Below, piece by piece: positions 10,195 through 20,657 of a DNA stretch of 64,000 bases (position 1 is its first letter; each line of letters starts with the position of its first letter). The notes beneath the pieces are model-generated. The model was given only the letters and a program-made list of their open reading frames with translations. It made no database searches and was not told the origin of the DNA. The translations under genes and the position numbers were made by a program. The DNA is from Trichomonas gallinae (Eukaryota), in assembly GCA_008369845.1 (NCBI GenBank), contig MRSU01001394.1, positions 1 to 64,000 on the forward strand, read 5' to 3'.

Positions 10195-10790
10195 TTTTTG
10201 ATATTTTTTATAATATTTGTTTATTAAATCCGATGTTTATTATATTAATTACTTTTTCCCTTTTTTATATTTTCCTAACTTGGCATTTTAAAAAAACTCA
10301 ATAATATGGATTATCATATTATGTAGATGTTAGTTGTTCAGATACTGTGTTTGCCAAGATCACAAAAGTAGTTCACAAAAAAAAAATGGCAGCACACAAA
10401 TGAAAAGTTATTTTTGAATGCGTTTTTACATTTCTTTGGTTCAGCAGTAGAATTGATTATTATTATTTGTTATTCTACCATTTTGTAAATTTTTGATCAG
10501 TGTCAAACTGACTTGATCATCTCATAAGATATTGTCAGTGACAAGATATTAACCAAATTTTCTCGTCGGATACCTCGACAAAAAAAAATAGTTGTGAAAT
10601 TTTTATCCAAATCTATGATGATTTGACTTCATTAAATAAAATAACACCAATTTTGGTTAAATTTAATAAACGAATAAAATTCACAGATTTCTAAAAACCA
10701 TTACTTTGGGCTTATTTGTATAAATTGTGAACACATGCGTGCAAAGATTATGGTATTTAAATAAACACATTTTAAATAAACAAAAAAAAA

Positions 10791-12029
10791 TTATGGAATA
10801 ATTCGGCCATTAGAATTTCTGAGTGGAACTCTTCGCTGTGGAGTAACTACTGCTTTTGCAGTTGACTTCAACACAGCGTTTGAGTTAGCCAGTGGATTTT
10901 GGGTAAGTTTTCTCAATGTCGCATATTTCTTTCCGGAACTTAGGGCTCTTACACGGTTCCCTGGTATAAATGTCTGCTTTGGCTTGCTGAAATCGGGTTT
11001 TTCGACCAAAGGATGAAGCAGGCAAAAATACATCGCAGTGTTGGCATTTACCATGCCGACGTCCAAATCGTGCGTCAATTGCTCTGGGTTGATGCCCTTT
11101 TCAGCGCATGCATTCAAAATGTGGGCATCTGGCTTGATTTTACGCCGTTTAAACTTTGCGATATCTTCGATGCTATCAACTTGATAAAAAACGATCGGCT
11201 TCGGGGTAACATTGTATGTGCAATATTTAAGGCCGTGTAGCCATGGATGGCTCTGTAACTGCATCAAACTTGGGCGATTTGCTGGTTTGACCGTGAATAA
11301 CTTTCTAAATAAGTCAATAAGAGAGGGAGAAAAAGTTCCAGGGAATGTCATTGATGTAGCTTCATCGACTAATAATCTATAATTTGTATTTTGTGCTGTA
11401 AAAGGTAATGTGCCGGTAATCATCGCAAAAAGGCAAACTCCTAATGACCAAACGTCACATTTCTGGTCATAGTCAGCGCCTGAGATTACCTCAGGAGCTG
11501 TATAACCTGGAGTGCCCACAAAAGTTTTCATTATATTGCAATAGTCAGTTCCCGCAAGTCCAAAATCGGTCAGCTTGATTGTATTGTTTCCATCAATCAA
11601 AACATTTTCGAGTTTTAGATCTCTATGCGCGAGAAAATGAACGCTGTGCAAATAACGAAGTGCAGAAAACAGCTGAAGAAAAAGCTGACACGCTTCCTGC
11701 TCGTTCAATCCATGGTGTTGGTTAACATAGTTAAGTAAAGTTCCATTTGACACACATTCCATGAATAAATATAAATTTTGTTTATATACCGAAAGATGAT
11801 ACAAACTGCATATGTTAGGATGCTCAGTTTGCATAAAAACGCTTATTTCGCGCATGATTCCGTTGAACTCAGACTCATGCATTGCATGTAAATTTACAAC
11901 TTTCGCTGCCGCATAAGTTCCCGAGTCGATATGCTTTGCCAAGTGGACTCTGCTGAATCCACCGCTGCCAATCTCCTCCAAAATCTCAAATCCATCAATT
12001 ACTAACGTTTCATCAGTGGATTCGCTCAT
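10791..12029 (-). CDS. CAMK-family (AMPK/MARK-like) Ser/Thr protein kinase
   Basis: GSGGFS, AAK, HRDLKLEN, DFG, GTPGYTAPE, DVWSLG; first ATG at 12029. Confidence 0.95.
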   Translation of the reverse strand: MSESTDETLVIDGFEILEEIGSGGFSRVHLAKHIDSGTYAAAKVVNLHAMHESEFNGIMREISVFMQTEHPNICSLYHLSVYKQNLYLFMECVSNGTLLNYVNQHHGLNEQEACQLFLQLFSALRYLHSVHFLAHRDLKLENVLIDGNNTIKLTDFGLAGTDYCNIMKTFVGTPGYTAPEVISGADYDQKCDVWSLGVCLFAMITGTLPFTAQNTNYRLLVDEATSMTFPGTFSPSLIDLFRKLFTVKPANRPSLMQLQSHPWLHGLKYCTYNVTPKPIVFYQVDSIEDIAKFKRRKIKPDAHILNACAEKGINPEQLTHDLDVGMVNANTAMYFCLLHPLVEKPDFSKPKQTFIPGNRVRALSSGKKYATLRKLTQNPLANSNAVLKSTAKAVVTPQRRVPLRNSNGRIIP

Positions 12030-12115
12030 TTTCTTTTTAATTTTTTGTTCATTTGGCTCAAAATGCTTCAATATAGGCAAAGGAATGAAAATCTCATTAT
12101 AAAATTAACGTACTG

Positions 12116-12127
12116 CGTCACTTTTTT
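12116..12127 (+). promoter_or_regulatory. Initiator GTCACTTTT in the 104-bp divergent promoter (kinase / IFT56)
   Basis: cgtcacttttttgataaaATG; TCACT about 15 nt before the ATG. Confidence 0.65.
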
Positions 12128-12133
12128 GATAAA

Positions 12134-13825
12134 ATGATTGTTGGTGCGAAGGCGAAAAAAGTTCCGAAAGTTCAGGAGAAAGTTGAGGAAGAGCTGCCGG
12201 ATCTCAATATAGAGAGTATAGAAACCATTATTAACGCTGTTGAACAGAGAAATTACTCTGCGGCAGCGACATATATCGAATTTTTGGAAGAAGACTTAAA
12301 TATGCAGGTAGATAATAGTTTTAAGTTGTGGAAAGGCTACTGCTTATTCCACCAAGGTAAATATCAAGAAGCAATCGAATTATATCAAAAAATGTTAGAA
12401 GCAGATCCAAATAACTTGATTCTACACCTGTATATATCTTCGTGTCTGTTTTATCTTAAAGAATTCGACGAAGCAAAGGCTGAAGCTGATAAAGGTCCTC
12501 AATGTGACTATAAAATACGTCTTCTCTTCCATATTGCTCACCAGCAAAACGATGAGGAGCTGCTATTCCAATGCCACTCCAAATTAGTCGGTACACTAGA
12601 AAATCAACTTTCTTTGGCTGCTATTCATTATCAAAGAAGCAATTACCAAGAGGGAATCGACCTTTACCAAAAACTACTGACAGAACACCCTGATTACATC
12701 GCGTTAAACGTATATATTGCGATGTGTATGTTTAAATTAGAAAAATTCCAGGAATCTAACGATTCTGTTGATGAATATCTGGGTATAAACTCAGATTCAG
12801 CCGTTGCTTTGAATCTCAAAAGCTGCGATTACTTTAAATTATTCCCTGACCCAGCTGTAGCAGAGTCACAGCTCCTCCAGGTCAAAAAATTTGGAAGTGC
12901 TAGCTTTAACTTCATTGATGATCTCATTCAACATAACCTATGCGTCTTTTTGGGCGGAGCTGACGGATATCAAGTTTTTCCAAAGTTGATTGCATCAGTT
13001 CCTGAAGCTAGGAACAATTTGGCAACTCTTTATGTTAGGGATAACAATGCAGATGAAGCTTTCACTCTTCTTCAAAATTTCAAGCCATCAGATGTGAATG
13101 ACTTCATTCTTAAGGGAACTGTCCTTTTGGAGTATGGTCAAAACAAATCCGATGTAAATCTTATCGAAGAAGCAAATCAAATTTTCTCAATTATCTCAGA
13201 AATGGAAGATATCAAAGATACTGTTATCCAGAGATGTGCCATGGCAACAACTAACTTCATCAACGCTGATTTTTACAAGGTTATCAAGATCATGGACTCA
13301 TTCAGGCATGTTTTGGGAACATGCGATGAGTTTATCTATAACGAAGGCATGGCAAACGGTGTCTTAGAGAACTGGAAACAGGCAGAAGAATGTTTTGCAA
13401 AACTCGAAAACTCGCCATATAAGCAAGATCCATCTTATCAACAATGGTACGCGAAAACATTACTTAAAAATAAGAAATACGAACAAGCTTGGCAGCTCTA
13501 CTTAGATGCAACTAAAACTGAGGTTGCCTCTGCTATATTACAAATAATTGCTTCGGAAACATTCAGTGATGGAGAATACGTATACTCAATGAGAGCTTAT
13601 GATCAGCTCTACAAGATTGAATTCAACAATCCTGAATTTGCCCAAGGTGTTCTAGCTTCTGCAGCTGGAGCGTTCAAAAGCTGTCTGCAACATAAAGAAA
13701 CAAACGACATAGTACTAGAAATACAAAGTATACTTGGAAGCGATCCTGCATTCGAAAAGTATTATCAAATAATACAAACATACATTGAACAGAACCCTAC
13801 TATGTTTAACTTTGATATGATGTAG
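12134..13825 (+). CDS. IFT56: Intraflagellar transport protein 56 (TTC26/DYF-13), TPR protein
   Basis: LWKGYCLFHQGKY, ENQLSLAAIHYQRSNYQE, ALNVYIAMC and DLIQHNLCVF motifs characteristic of TTC26. Confidence 0.85.
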   Translation: MIVGAKAKKVPKVQEKVEEELPDLNIESIETIINAVEQRNYSAAATYIEFLEEDLNMQVDNSFKLWKGYCLFHQGKYQEAIELYQKMLEADPNNLILHLYISSCLFYLKEFDEAKAEADKGPQCDYKIRLLFHIAHQQNDEELLFQCHSKLVGTLENQLSLAAIHYQRSNYQEGIDLYQKLLTEHPDYIALNVYIAMCMFKLEKFQESNDSVDEYLGINSDSAVALNLKSCDYFKLFPDPAVAESQLLQVKKFGSASFNFIDDLIQHNLCVFLGGADGYQVFPKLIASVPEARNNLATLYVRDNNADEAFTLLQNFKPSDVNDFILKGTVLLEYGQNKSDVNLIEEANQIFSIISEMEDIKDTVIQRCAMATTNFINADFYKVIKIMDSFRHVLGTCDEFIYNEGMANGVLENWKQAEECFAKLENSPYKQDPSYQQWYAKTLLKNKKYEQAWQLYLDATKTEVASAILQIIASETFSDGEYVYSMRAYDQLYKIEFNNPEFAQGVLASAAGAFKSCLQHKETNDIVLEIQSILGSDPAFEKYYQIIQTYIEQNPTMFNFDMM

Positions 13826-14043
13826 TTATAATAAACTGTTTTTTGTTATATATTAAAATACGAGTTTTTTAAAAAATACCAAAAATCACTTAAAAATGTA
13901 AGAAATTACTCAAATAATTGTTTTTTGTCCAAAATTTATAATAAATCAAGTAACACTTTAGGAATTCTGTCTATTTCTTATTACATTTTTACGATCGGAT
14001 CTTTCATTTTTTTTCGCGAGCGCTCTTTCTATTGACACGAAAA

Positions 14044-14706
14044 ATGAACTACCAGAAATCTCCGCAGGGATCTCAGGTCCCCGGAAATATGCAGTACGAC
14101 TCGAAGAATCGGATGTACCAGCAGCATCAGATGTACGTCGATCTTCAATCACAATACAATTATCAGAATACTTACCAAAGTCCGCACAGCAATAAAGTTG
14201 CTATCTTACAAACACCACAGATTATGTTATCACCTCAGCAGCAGCAACAACTGAATCAGCAACTTGTCAATCAGATTCCTTACCAGAACTACAATCCACA
14301 GGCATTTCTTTCCCAGACAATGATGGGGCAGCCCATGCTTCAACAGCAGCAATTATCTCAAACGCAGCAAAGCCAGATTATGGCTTCTCAAAATCTCTCA
14401 CAACAAAATCAGTCTTTAATACAAATGCAGCAACAATACCAGCAAGTTAGGCAGTACGAACAGCCAAAAAGAGGAATGGATTCTCAAAAGCAAATTCTTC
14501 AACATAATTCAAATTCCGTTATAATGCAACCTTCAGCTAGTAAATCATCACAAATATTCGACAACTCTCAGAAGACAACAGAAGTTCATAAAGGTCCGCC
14601 AAAACCTTCGCCAATTAATTTCAATCTCACTCCTCCTATTGGCTGCTACACAATCGTTCGCCGTGGTAATCTTCCAGAAATACGCTTTGAAAGCAATTAT
14701 GCTTAA
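14044..14706 (+). CDS. Glutamine-rich low-complexity hypothetical protein
   Basis: ATG at 14044 in AAAATG context with TCATT upstream; Q/N/S/M-rich body and short non-repetitive C-terminus. Confidence 0.75.
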   Translation: MNYQKSPQGSQVPGNMQYDSKNRMYQQHQMYVDLQSQYNYQNTYQSPHSNKVAILQTPQIMLSPQQQQQLNQQLVNQIPYQNYNPQAFLSQTMMGQPMLQQQQLSQTQQSQIMASQNLSQQNQSLIQMQQQYQQVRQYEQPKRGMDSQKQILQHNSNSVIMQPSASKSSQIFDNSQKTTEVHKGPPKPSPINFNLTPPIGCYTIVRRGNLPEIRFESNYA

Positions 14707-14782
14707 AATCTTTTTTCTTCTATTGTGAATAAAATATGTTTATTTTTTAGAAAGTCTGTTTTATTGTTTTTTTTTTATTTAT

Positions 14783-16267
14783 TTAGTACTTGAAGATCTG
14801 GACCTGATACTGTCCAAGGACAACAGTGAGACCTTGAGTACGAAGTGTCTCAGCATTTCTGTAATATGTCTCGCCAGATATGAGATCTTGGACAGGGATG
14901 TCACCGCTACCTGGAGCATCGGAGAGGACGACATTGCCACCAGCTGTGTTCTCGTTGAAGTTGGCGCAGACGAGGATTCTCTGGCCATCCTTGACCCACT
15001 TCCAAGCTGGGATTGTGTCTGTGCCAGAAACCCAAAGTTGAGTGAACTGACCTTCCTTGAGGGCTGGCATGTCGAGGACCTGGAAGAGAGTCTGGTAGAA
15101 CTTCTGGATGTCAGCACGTGGGTTCTCATCGGCAGCACGGCGAAGGTGGACATCGAGCTTGTTCTTGTAGCCGAGCCACTGGTCCTGGAAGAAGAAGCGG
15201 AGGCCTGGGAGTGTTAAAAGTGTTGCAGCGGCGCAGTCAGCGGCTGGATCCCAGTTCCAGAATTTGTCAACAGTGCGTGGCTCATCGTGGTTCTCTGTGA
15301 AGTGAGCTGTCTTGGAGAAGAAGTCGAGGCTGTGGCTTGAAACGTACTGCTGGTAGCCCTTAACGTCATGGTAGTAGAGCTTGTCGAGTGGATCTTTATC
15401 ATATGCCCAGTCGAAGCCGTATGCGTGGAGCTTAGCAAGGACATCACCGTAGCTCTCAGCCATGAACTTGAAGTTTGGATAGACAGCCTTAACAGCGGAA
15501 ATTGCGTCAGCCCAGAATTCTGTAGATGGTTTAGAGTAACCCCAAGATGTGAGTTCTGACTGCCAGTAGTTCCAGAATTCGTCGTTAATGATGAGGTGAG
15601 CCATATCGCAGCGGCAGCCATCGGCGACTGAAGCGATGTACTTGAGAACATTGATCTGGTGAAGGCGGAATTCCTTGTCTGCATAGTTGTATTGAGCGAC
15701 ATCTGTCCATGGATCGCACCACATACCGCAGCCATAAGCAATTCCGTTGCTCATGTACTTAGCTGGATCTGGTGTCTGTCCCTTCGGGCAGCGGACGTAG
15801 AAGTTCAGCTTTGAAGAGATTGTTGGAGCATCGCAAGCTGAATGATTTGGTACGAAGTCGAGCATGAGCTTCATTCCATAAGAATGAAGTTTTTCTCTAA
15901 GCCACTTAAGGTCTTCTTCAGTTCCAAGTTCAGAGTTAAGCTTGTATTCTGTAATAGAGTATGGGGAACCAATAACATCATCATTTGTCCAACCTGGGAG
16001 AACGATGTTAAATGATCTGATCAATCCTGGGTCTGTGCGGTCGTGCTGTGGACCATATGTACCAATCTGCCAAACACCCATGAACCAAACCCATTCGAAA
16101 CCTTTATTCTTCCAATCCTGAAATTCTGATTCTGGGATATCTTTGAAAGTTTTTATTTGCTTACCGAGCTTCTTCGAGAGCTGATAAAAGTATGGCCTCG
16201 TAGAGATCTCAAGAAGTCTCGTCGAAAGCTGGGCCGAGCAACACATCTGTGAGAAAGCAAATAACAT
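14783..16267 (-). CDS. GH13 alpha-amylase family glycoside hydrolase
   Basis: LMLDFVPNH, DGCRCDMAH, FMAESY and FTENHDE conserved regions (Asp/Glu/Asp triad); strong C-ending codon bias; start placed at AAAAATG 16267 giving a short hydrophobic N-terminus. Confidence 0.92.
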   Translation of the reverse strand: MLFAFSQMCCSAQLSTRLLEISTRPYFYQLSKKLGKQIKTFKDIPESEFQDWKNKGFEWVWFMGVWQIGTYGPQHDRTDPGLIRSFNIVLPGWTNDDVIGSPYSITEYKLNSELGTEEDLKWLREKLHSYGMKLMLDFVPNHSACDAPTISSKLNFYVRCPKGQTPDPAKYMSNGIAYGCGMWCDPWTDVAQYNYADKEFRLHQINVLKYIASVADGCRCDMAHLIINDEFWNYWQSELTSWGYSKPSTEFWADAISAVKAVYPNFKFMAESYGDVLAKLHAYGFDWAYDKDPLDKLYYHDVKGYQQYVSSHSLDFFSKTAHFTENHDEPRTVDKFWNWDPAADCAAATLLTLPGLRFFFQDQWLGYKNKLDVHLRRAADENPRADIQKFYQTLFQVLDMPALKEGQFTQLWVSGTDTIPAWKWVKDGQRILVCANFNENTAGGNVVLSDAPGSGDIPVQDLISGETYYRNAETLRTQGLTVVLGQYQVQIFKY

Positions 16268-16280
16268 TTTTGAAATTTTG

Positions 16281-16285
16281 AAAGG
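16281..16285 (-). promoter_or_regulatory. CCTTT (M5-type trichomonad core promoter motif) upstream of the amylase ATG
   Basis: Minus strand GTCCTTTCAAAATTTCAAAAATG; supports the 16267 start. Confidence 0.4.
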
Positions 16286-16938
16286 ACTATCAAAATTTGT
16301 GATAGCTCTCTCAATCCTATCTTCTCGATTTTCATTTTCAGCCAACAAATATTTTGATTGTTTCCCTACCGGAGCTTTTTCGCACATTGCAAATGGTCTG
16401 CAGCAGTGGAATATGGTGCAGAATTTGAATAAATCTTTTTTGTGAAATATATTAGTCATAAATATGTATGCATCAATAATATCACAATAAAATAATTTTG
16501 TATCGTTTAGAGGGGGAGGAATAATATATAAGGGGGCAGAACTATCAAAATTTTTAAAAACAAAAATTGCTTACATTCTTAAAATGATTGCATTATTAGC
16601 AACTCAGTTTAATAATTTTTACATGTCAAATGTCAGATTTTATCGTCAATTTTGGCCATTATTGGGCTGTTCAAGTTCGATTGTATAAAGAGAAACTCAA
16701 TAATGAATTGTATAAAGCGTCTAAATACTATTCAGGCAAAATCAATTTGACACTCATTCAAGGTGATCTTAACCTAGAAGGTATTATAATTTCCTAAAAC
16801 ATATTTGATAATTCCATTTTTGTGCGATTGATCAAATAAATAACACAAAGAATAATAGAAGAGATTCATCATTAAGAAGATATTTCCAGAAGTTTCGAAA
16901 CATTTGAACAATTGTCACAAATAATTCGAGAAATTTGC

Positions 16939-17856
16939 TTAACCACGATATATATAGCTTGTTATTCCAACAAATGCAATAATGAAGAGGGGTAATGGTT
17001 GAAAAACACTTAACTCTAAATGATTTTTTGAAACTTTCCGAATTGTCAACACTTTATGTTCTTTTGAGTCTATCAATATAGCATTTCTGCAAGATGCTAG
17101 TGTATAATGGCCATCAAACTTTAGGCAAAATCTTCCATCTTTTGAAATTGTTGGAATTCTTGATAAATATTCTGTTTCACCAAATTTTAAATCTATTTTT
17201 CGTGGGCCAATATTACCTTCATAATCATTGACATATTTTATAAATCCAACGACTTCATTTCCATTAAGAATTTGAAAATTTCTGCTTTTTGATATGTTTT
17301 GTATTTTATATTTATATTGTGCTGATTTTATATGCACTTCTTGTCCTTCATTGAGAATTGCATCTGGAGAAAAAACTCCACATTCTTTTGCGCACATTAT
17401 ACATTTTTCATTCGAAATTATTTGATAATCTCTACGCGATTTCATGTGAGACTTTTTCACTCTTGATATGAAAAATGAACCAGTACATGGAATGGATGAA
17501 AAGTTAGGCAAGGTTGTATCAATTATTGAACTAATTGGGTTTTTAGCTGATTCACTAACAGTTTCTTCGTAGTAACTTTTATAATAATATTCCGAGCTTT
17601 CATAATCTTCTTCTGAATCAGTTGAAATATTTTCGTTATCATTTTCTTGTTTTGGATCATTTAAAACCTGCAGTTCATTTTGTTTCTGGGGTTTATCATA
17701 GTTTTCTTCTTCATTTGAGTTTAAGGTTTGCTGGTCTGAATTTCTTCTCTTTTGAGTACTTTGATGTCTATTATTAGCATTTCTAGTACGAGTTCGCGTT
17801 TTTTTCGCTGCAGGACGAGACGCTATAATAAGCTTATCATCATCCTCATCAGACAT
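16939..17856 (-). CDS. Tubby-like C-terminal domain protein
   Basis: Disordered N-terminus, then GPRKI, RIP..FCLKFDG..LASCRNAIL and RKVSKNHLELSVFQPL..AFVGITS resembling the Tubby core. Confidence 0.7.
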   Translation of the reverse strand: MSDEDDDKLIIASRPAAKKTRTRTRNANNRHQSTQKRRNSDQQTLNSNEEENYDKPQKQNELQVLNDPKQENDNENISTDSEEDYESSEYYYKSYYEETVSESAKNPISSIIDTTLPNFSSIPCTGSFFISRVKKSHMKSRRDYQIISNEKCIMCAKECGVFSPDAILNEGQEVHIKSAQYKYKIQNISKSRNFQILNGNEVVGFIKYVNDYEGNIGPRKIDLKFGETEYLSRIPTISKDGRFCLKFDGHYTLASCRNAILIDSKEHKVLTIRKVSKNHLELSVFQPLPLFIIAFVGITSYIYRG

Positions 17857-18007
17857 TTTAAGAAAAATGAATCATTATTTGATTGATAAATAGCTTATCT
17901 AAGATTCAATAGAAATAGTTAGATGCAAATTGAAATAATCATCGAAAAAATAATCAAACAATTTTTAATTATAGGAATCGAAACAATGATTCAAACAAAT
18001 CCGAGAA

Positions 18008-19111
18008 TTATAACAATTTTTCGTCACGGAGAATCTGTATAATGGTTGAGGAAATATCTTGTTCATCTTGGGCAATTACATGGATTTTGACGCCCTGAAT
18101 TTTTGCCAAATAGATATACTTTAGGAAAACATCAGATGGCTGTATGATGATCGCAACAGCTCCGGGTTGCATAAATTGTAAAAGATGTAAATTATCACTT
18201 GTAAATGAAATGAAAGCCTTAAAATCTCTGAAAATATCCATTCTTTCGAGCATATGTACTGGTAAATCAATTGATTGTATTTTATCTGTTTTGGATTTTA
18301 ATTCTTCCATTAGATGCGGTCTTAAGTTAGCTGGATCATCACCATCAGTTGCAAACGGAATGGTGTTATTGCTGAATAGCTCGCCTAGCTTGTGTCCAAT
18401 AATTTTATCTTTAAATGCTTTAAATACAGTTTCTGGAAGGAATTCCTCAGTAGGAGGATATAATATTAACAAATCTTTTGCATAAACCCAACCATATTGA
18501 GAGTAAACTTGACTTGTAAAATTAATCCCAATTTTTGGTAAAATAAGCTCTGTATCGCTGATATATCTGTTAATAAATAATCTTCTCCCTGCATACTCAT
18601 GAGAAGGGACTGAATTCAAAATAGGAAATAGTAAAGTGTATATACAAGGATCGGATAAAACTTCGTAAACAGGGAATGCTATTGCAGAATCGAAGTATCT
18701 AATATTTTTGGTCGGTTTATTTGAATAATTTGTTGCTGAATATTGTATATATCTGTATTCAATAGGAAAAGGAATCCAATTTTTGTATATCCTTCCATCA
18801 GGACCCAGATAAGCGTCATGAACAATAGTGTATTTGATTTCGGATTTCCTAATATTTGCAGTATATCCTCCAACAACGTAATCTGTAAATTTTCCATGCA
18901 TTGTAACATCATATTGTGGAGGCATTGCTTCATTTCTGTAGTAATTTCCGTCATTCCAATTTACTTTATCCCATTCAAAAAATGGAATTTCTTCATTTAC
19001 AGTTTCTTTCTGTGGAAATGCCGAAAAAGCGAGCAAAAATGCAGAAATACCAGCAAAACTATACAATAAAGACAGCAACGCCTGAAAACTAAATTCATAT
19101 TTTTCACTCAT
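18008..19111 (-). CDS. Type II membrane protein, glycosyltransferase family 61 (DUF563)-like
   Basis: N-terminal TM; C-terminal FISFTSDNL..LQFMQPGAVAIIIQP..YIYLAK resembles the GT61 'HGAGL.N..F..PG..VIE' region; ATG 19111. Confidence 0.55.
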   Translation of the reverse strand: MSEKYEFSFQALLSLLYSFAGISAFLLAFSAFPQKETVNEEIPFFEWDKVNWNDGNYYRNEAMPPQYDVTMHGKFTDYVVGGYTANIRKSEIKYTIVHDAYLGPDGRIYKNWIPFPIEYRYIQYSATNYSNKPTKNIRYFDSAIAFPVYEVLSDPCIYTLLFPILNSVPSHEYAGRRLFINRYISDTELILPKIGINFTSQVYSQYGWVYAKDLLILYPPTEEFLPETVFKAFKDKIIGHKLGELFSNNTIPFATDGDDPANLRPHLMEELKSKTDKIQSIDLPVHMLERMDIFRDFKAFISFTSDNLHLLQFMQPGAVAIIIQPSDVFLKYIYLAKIQGVKIHVIAQDEQDISSTIIQILRDEKLL

Positions 19112-19197
19112 TTTGTCACTTTTATTTAATGACACTTTTTATTTGGCACTTTTCGGATTGACACTTTTGATCTTTTTACACTTTTCAATTTCCAAAA
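19112..19197. promoter_or_regulatory. 86-bp bidirectional promoter with five CACTTTT copies
   Basis: CACTTTT at 19117, 19133, 19147, 19162 and 19179 between divergent ATGs. Confidence 0.75.
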
Positions 19198-20613
19198 ATG
19201 GTCAGTTCTGCTGAGCTCAAAGAGCAGGGAAATACGGCCTTCCGCGCGAAGAAGTACTTCGAGGCCCACGACCTCTATACTAAGGCACTTGCAGAATGCG
19301 CAGAAACAGAAAAGGAGCTTAAAATCTCAATCTGTTTGAATCTTTGCTTGTGCGAAGGCCTCCTTGAACGCGCGGAAGAGGCGATTGAACATGCCACAGA
19401 GGCTATCAATCTCGATCCATCGAATGGAAAGGCTTATTATAGAAGAGCCAATGCAAAAATTCTCGTTTTAGACTTAGCTGGGGCGTACAGCGACATGGTC
19501 CAGCTGTGCAAGATCATGCCTTCTGAGAAGAAGTTCAGGCAAGAAGCAGAGAAAATAAGAAGCGAGATTAAGAGAGCTCAGCTTCTTCAAGCCATGGCAG
19601 CTCAGGAGGGCGACTCAATACAGAAGATTGAACAAGTCGAACCACCAGCTCCAGTCGAAATCCCAGAATTCAACAAAGAATTCGCTGATGCAACAATTGA
19701 AAACCTTAGAAAGGACATTCGCGTCCACAGAGATATCTTCCGCGCTCTTCTCAAGAAGATGGAGGAAATCCAGACACCAATGGCCAACATCGTCGAACTT
19801 AAACACAAAGGAACATTCTACATCGTCGGCGATACACATGGACAGTTCCAGGATGTCGTAAACATCTTCGAGAAGTTCGGCTGGCCAACATCCGAAAATC
19901 CATATCTTTTCAACGGTGATTACGTTGACCGCGGTTCCCAGGGCATTGAAATTCTTACATTGCTTATGGTCCTCAAGCTTGCCAACCCAGATTCAATCTA
20001 CCTCAACAGAGGCAATCACGAAACATTGTCAATGAACCACCTCTACGGCTTCGAAGGCGAGTGCGTTGACAAGTACAACACATCCATCTACGATGAGTGC
20101 ACAAAGATGTTCAACACTTTACCTCTCGGCCACCTTATCAACGGCCGAACACTCATAGTCCACGGCGGCATCTGCACAGACGACTACACAACACTCACTG
20201 ATGTCCAGAAACTCTCTAGATTCCAGCAGCCACCAGAAACAGGCCCAATCAACGACATCCTTTGGTCTGATCCGATGGAACAGCGCGGTTTAGCTCCATC
20301 ACCACGTGGTGTCACAAGGACATTCGGTCCAGACATCACAGAGAAGTTCTGCAAGCGCTGGGGCATCGAAATGGTCATCAGAAGCCACCAAGTTATGCAG
20401 GAAGGTTTCTGCGAGATGCACGATGGCAAGTGCAACACTGTCTTCTCAGCACCAAACTACACAGGCCAGATGGGCAACAGAGGTGCCATCCTCGCAATCA
20501 CATATAATGAAGACGGATCAGTCGCAAACAAGGAATTCAGGAAGTTCGAGGCTCTTCCATTCCCAGAGAAATACAGGCCAATGAAGTACGCATCATTCGG
20601 ACGCTTCTTCTAA
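19198..20613 (+). CDS. PPP5: Ser/Thr protein phosphatase 5 (TPR + PPP domain)
   Basis: Three N-terminal TPRs; GDTHGQ, GDYVDRG, RGNHE, SAPNY; C-terminal PMKYA. Confidence 0.95.
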   Translation: MVSSAELKEQGNTAFRAKKYFEAHDLYTKALAECAETEKELKISICLNLCLCEGLLERAEEAIEHATEAINLDPSNGKAYYRRANAKILVLDLAGAYSDMVQLCKIMPSEKKFRQEAEKIRSEIKRAQLLQAMAAQEGDSIQKIEQVEPPAPVEIPEFNKEFADATIENLRKDIRVHRDIFRALLKKMEEIQTPMANIVELKHKGTFYIVGDTHGQFQDVVNIFEKFGWPTSENPYLFNGDYVDRGSQGIEILTLLMVLKLANPDSIYLNRGNHETLSMNHLYGFEGECVDKYNTSIYDECTKMFNTLPLGHLINGRTLIVHGGICTDDYTTLTDVQKLSRFQQPPETGPINDILWSDPMEQRGLAPSPRGVTRTFGPDITEKFCKRWGIEMVIRSHQVMQEGFCEMHDGKCNTVFSAPNYTGQMGNRGAILAITYNEDGSVANKEFRKFEALPFPEKYRPMKYASFGRFF

Positions 20614-20657
20614 TTTTTTTTACTCTTATTTTTTGTTATAAAGATTTTTTTTTTGCA

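Noticed and set aside
16268..16459. 64-codon in-frame N-terminal extension of the amylase
   Set aside because: Lacks the gene's codon bias; ATG 16267 has AAAAATG context, an upstream CCTTT and gives a signal-like N-terminus
19112..19197. CRISPR-like interpretation of the spaced CACTTTT repeats
   Set aside because: 7-bp repeats in a eukaryotic promoter, no cas genes
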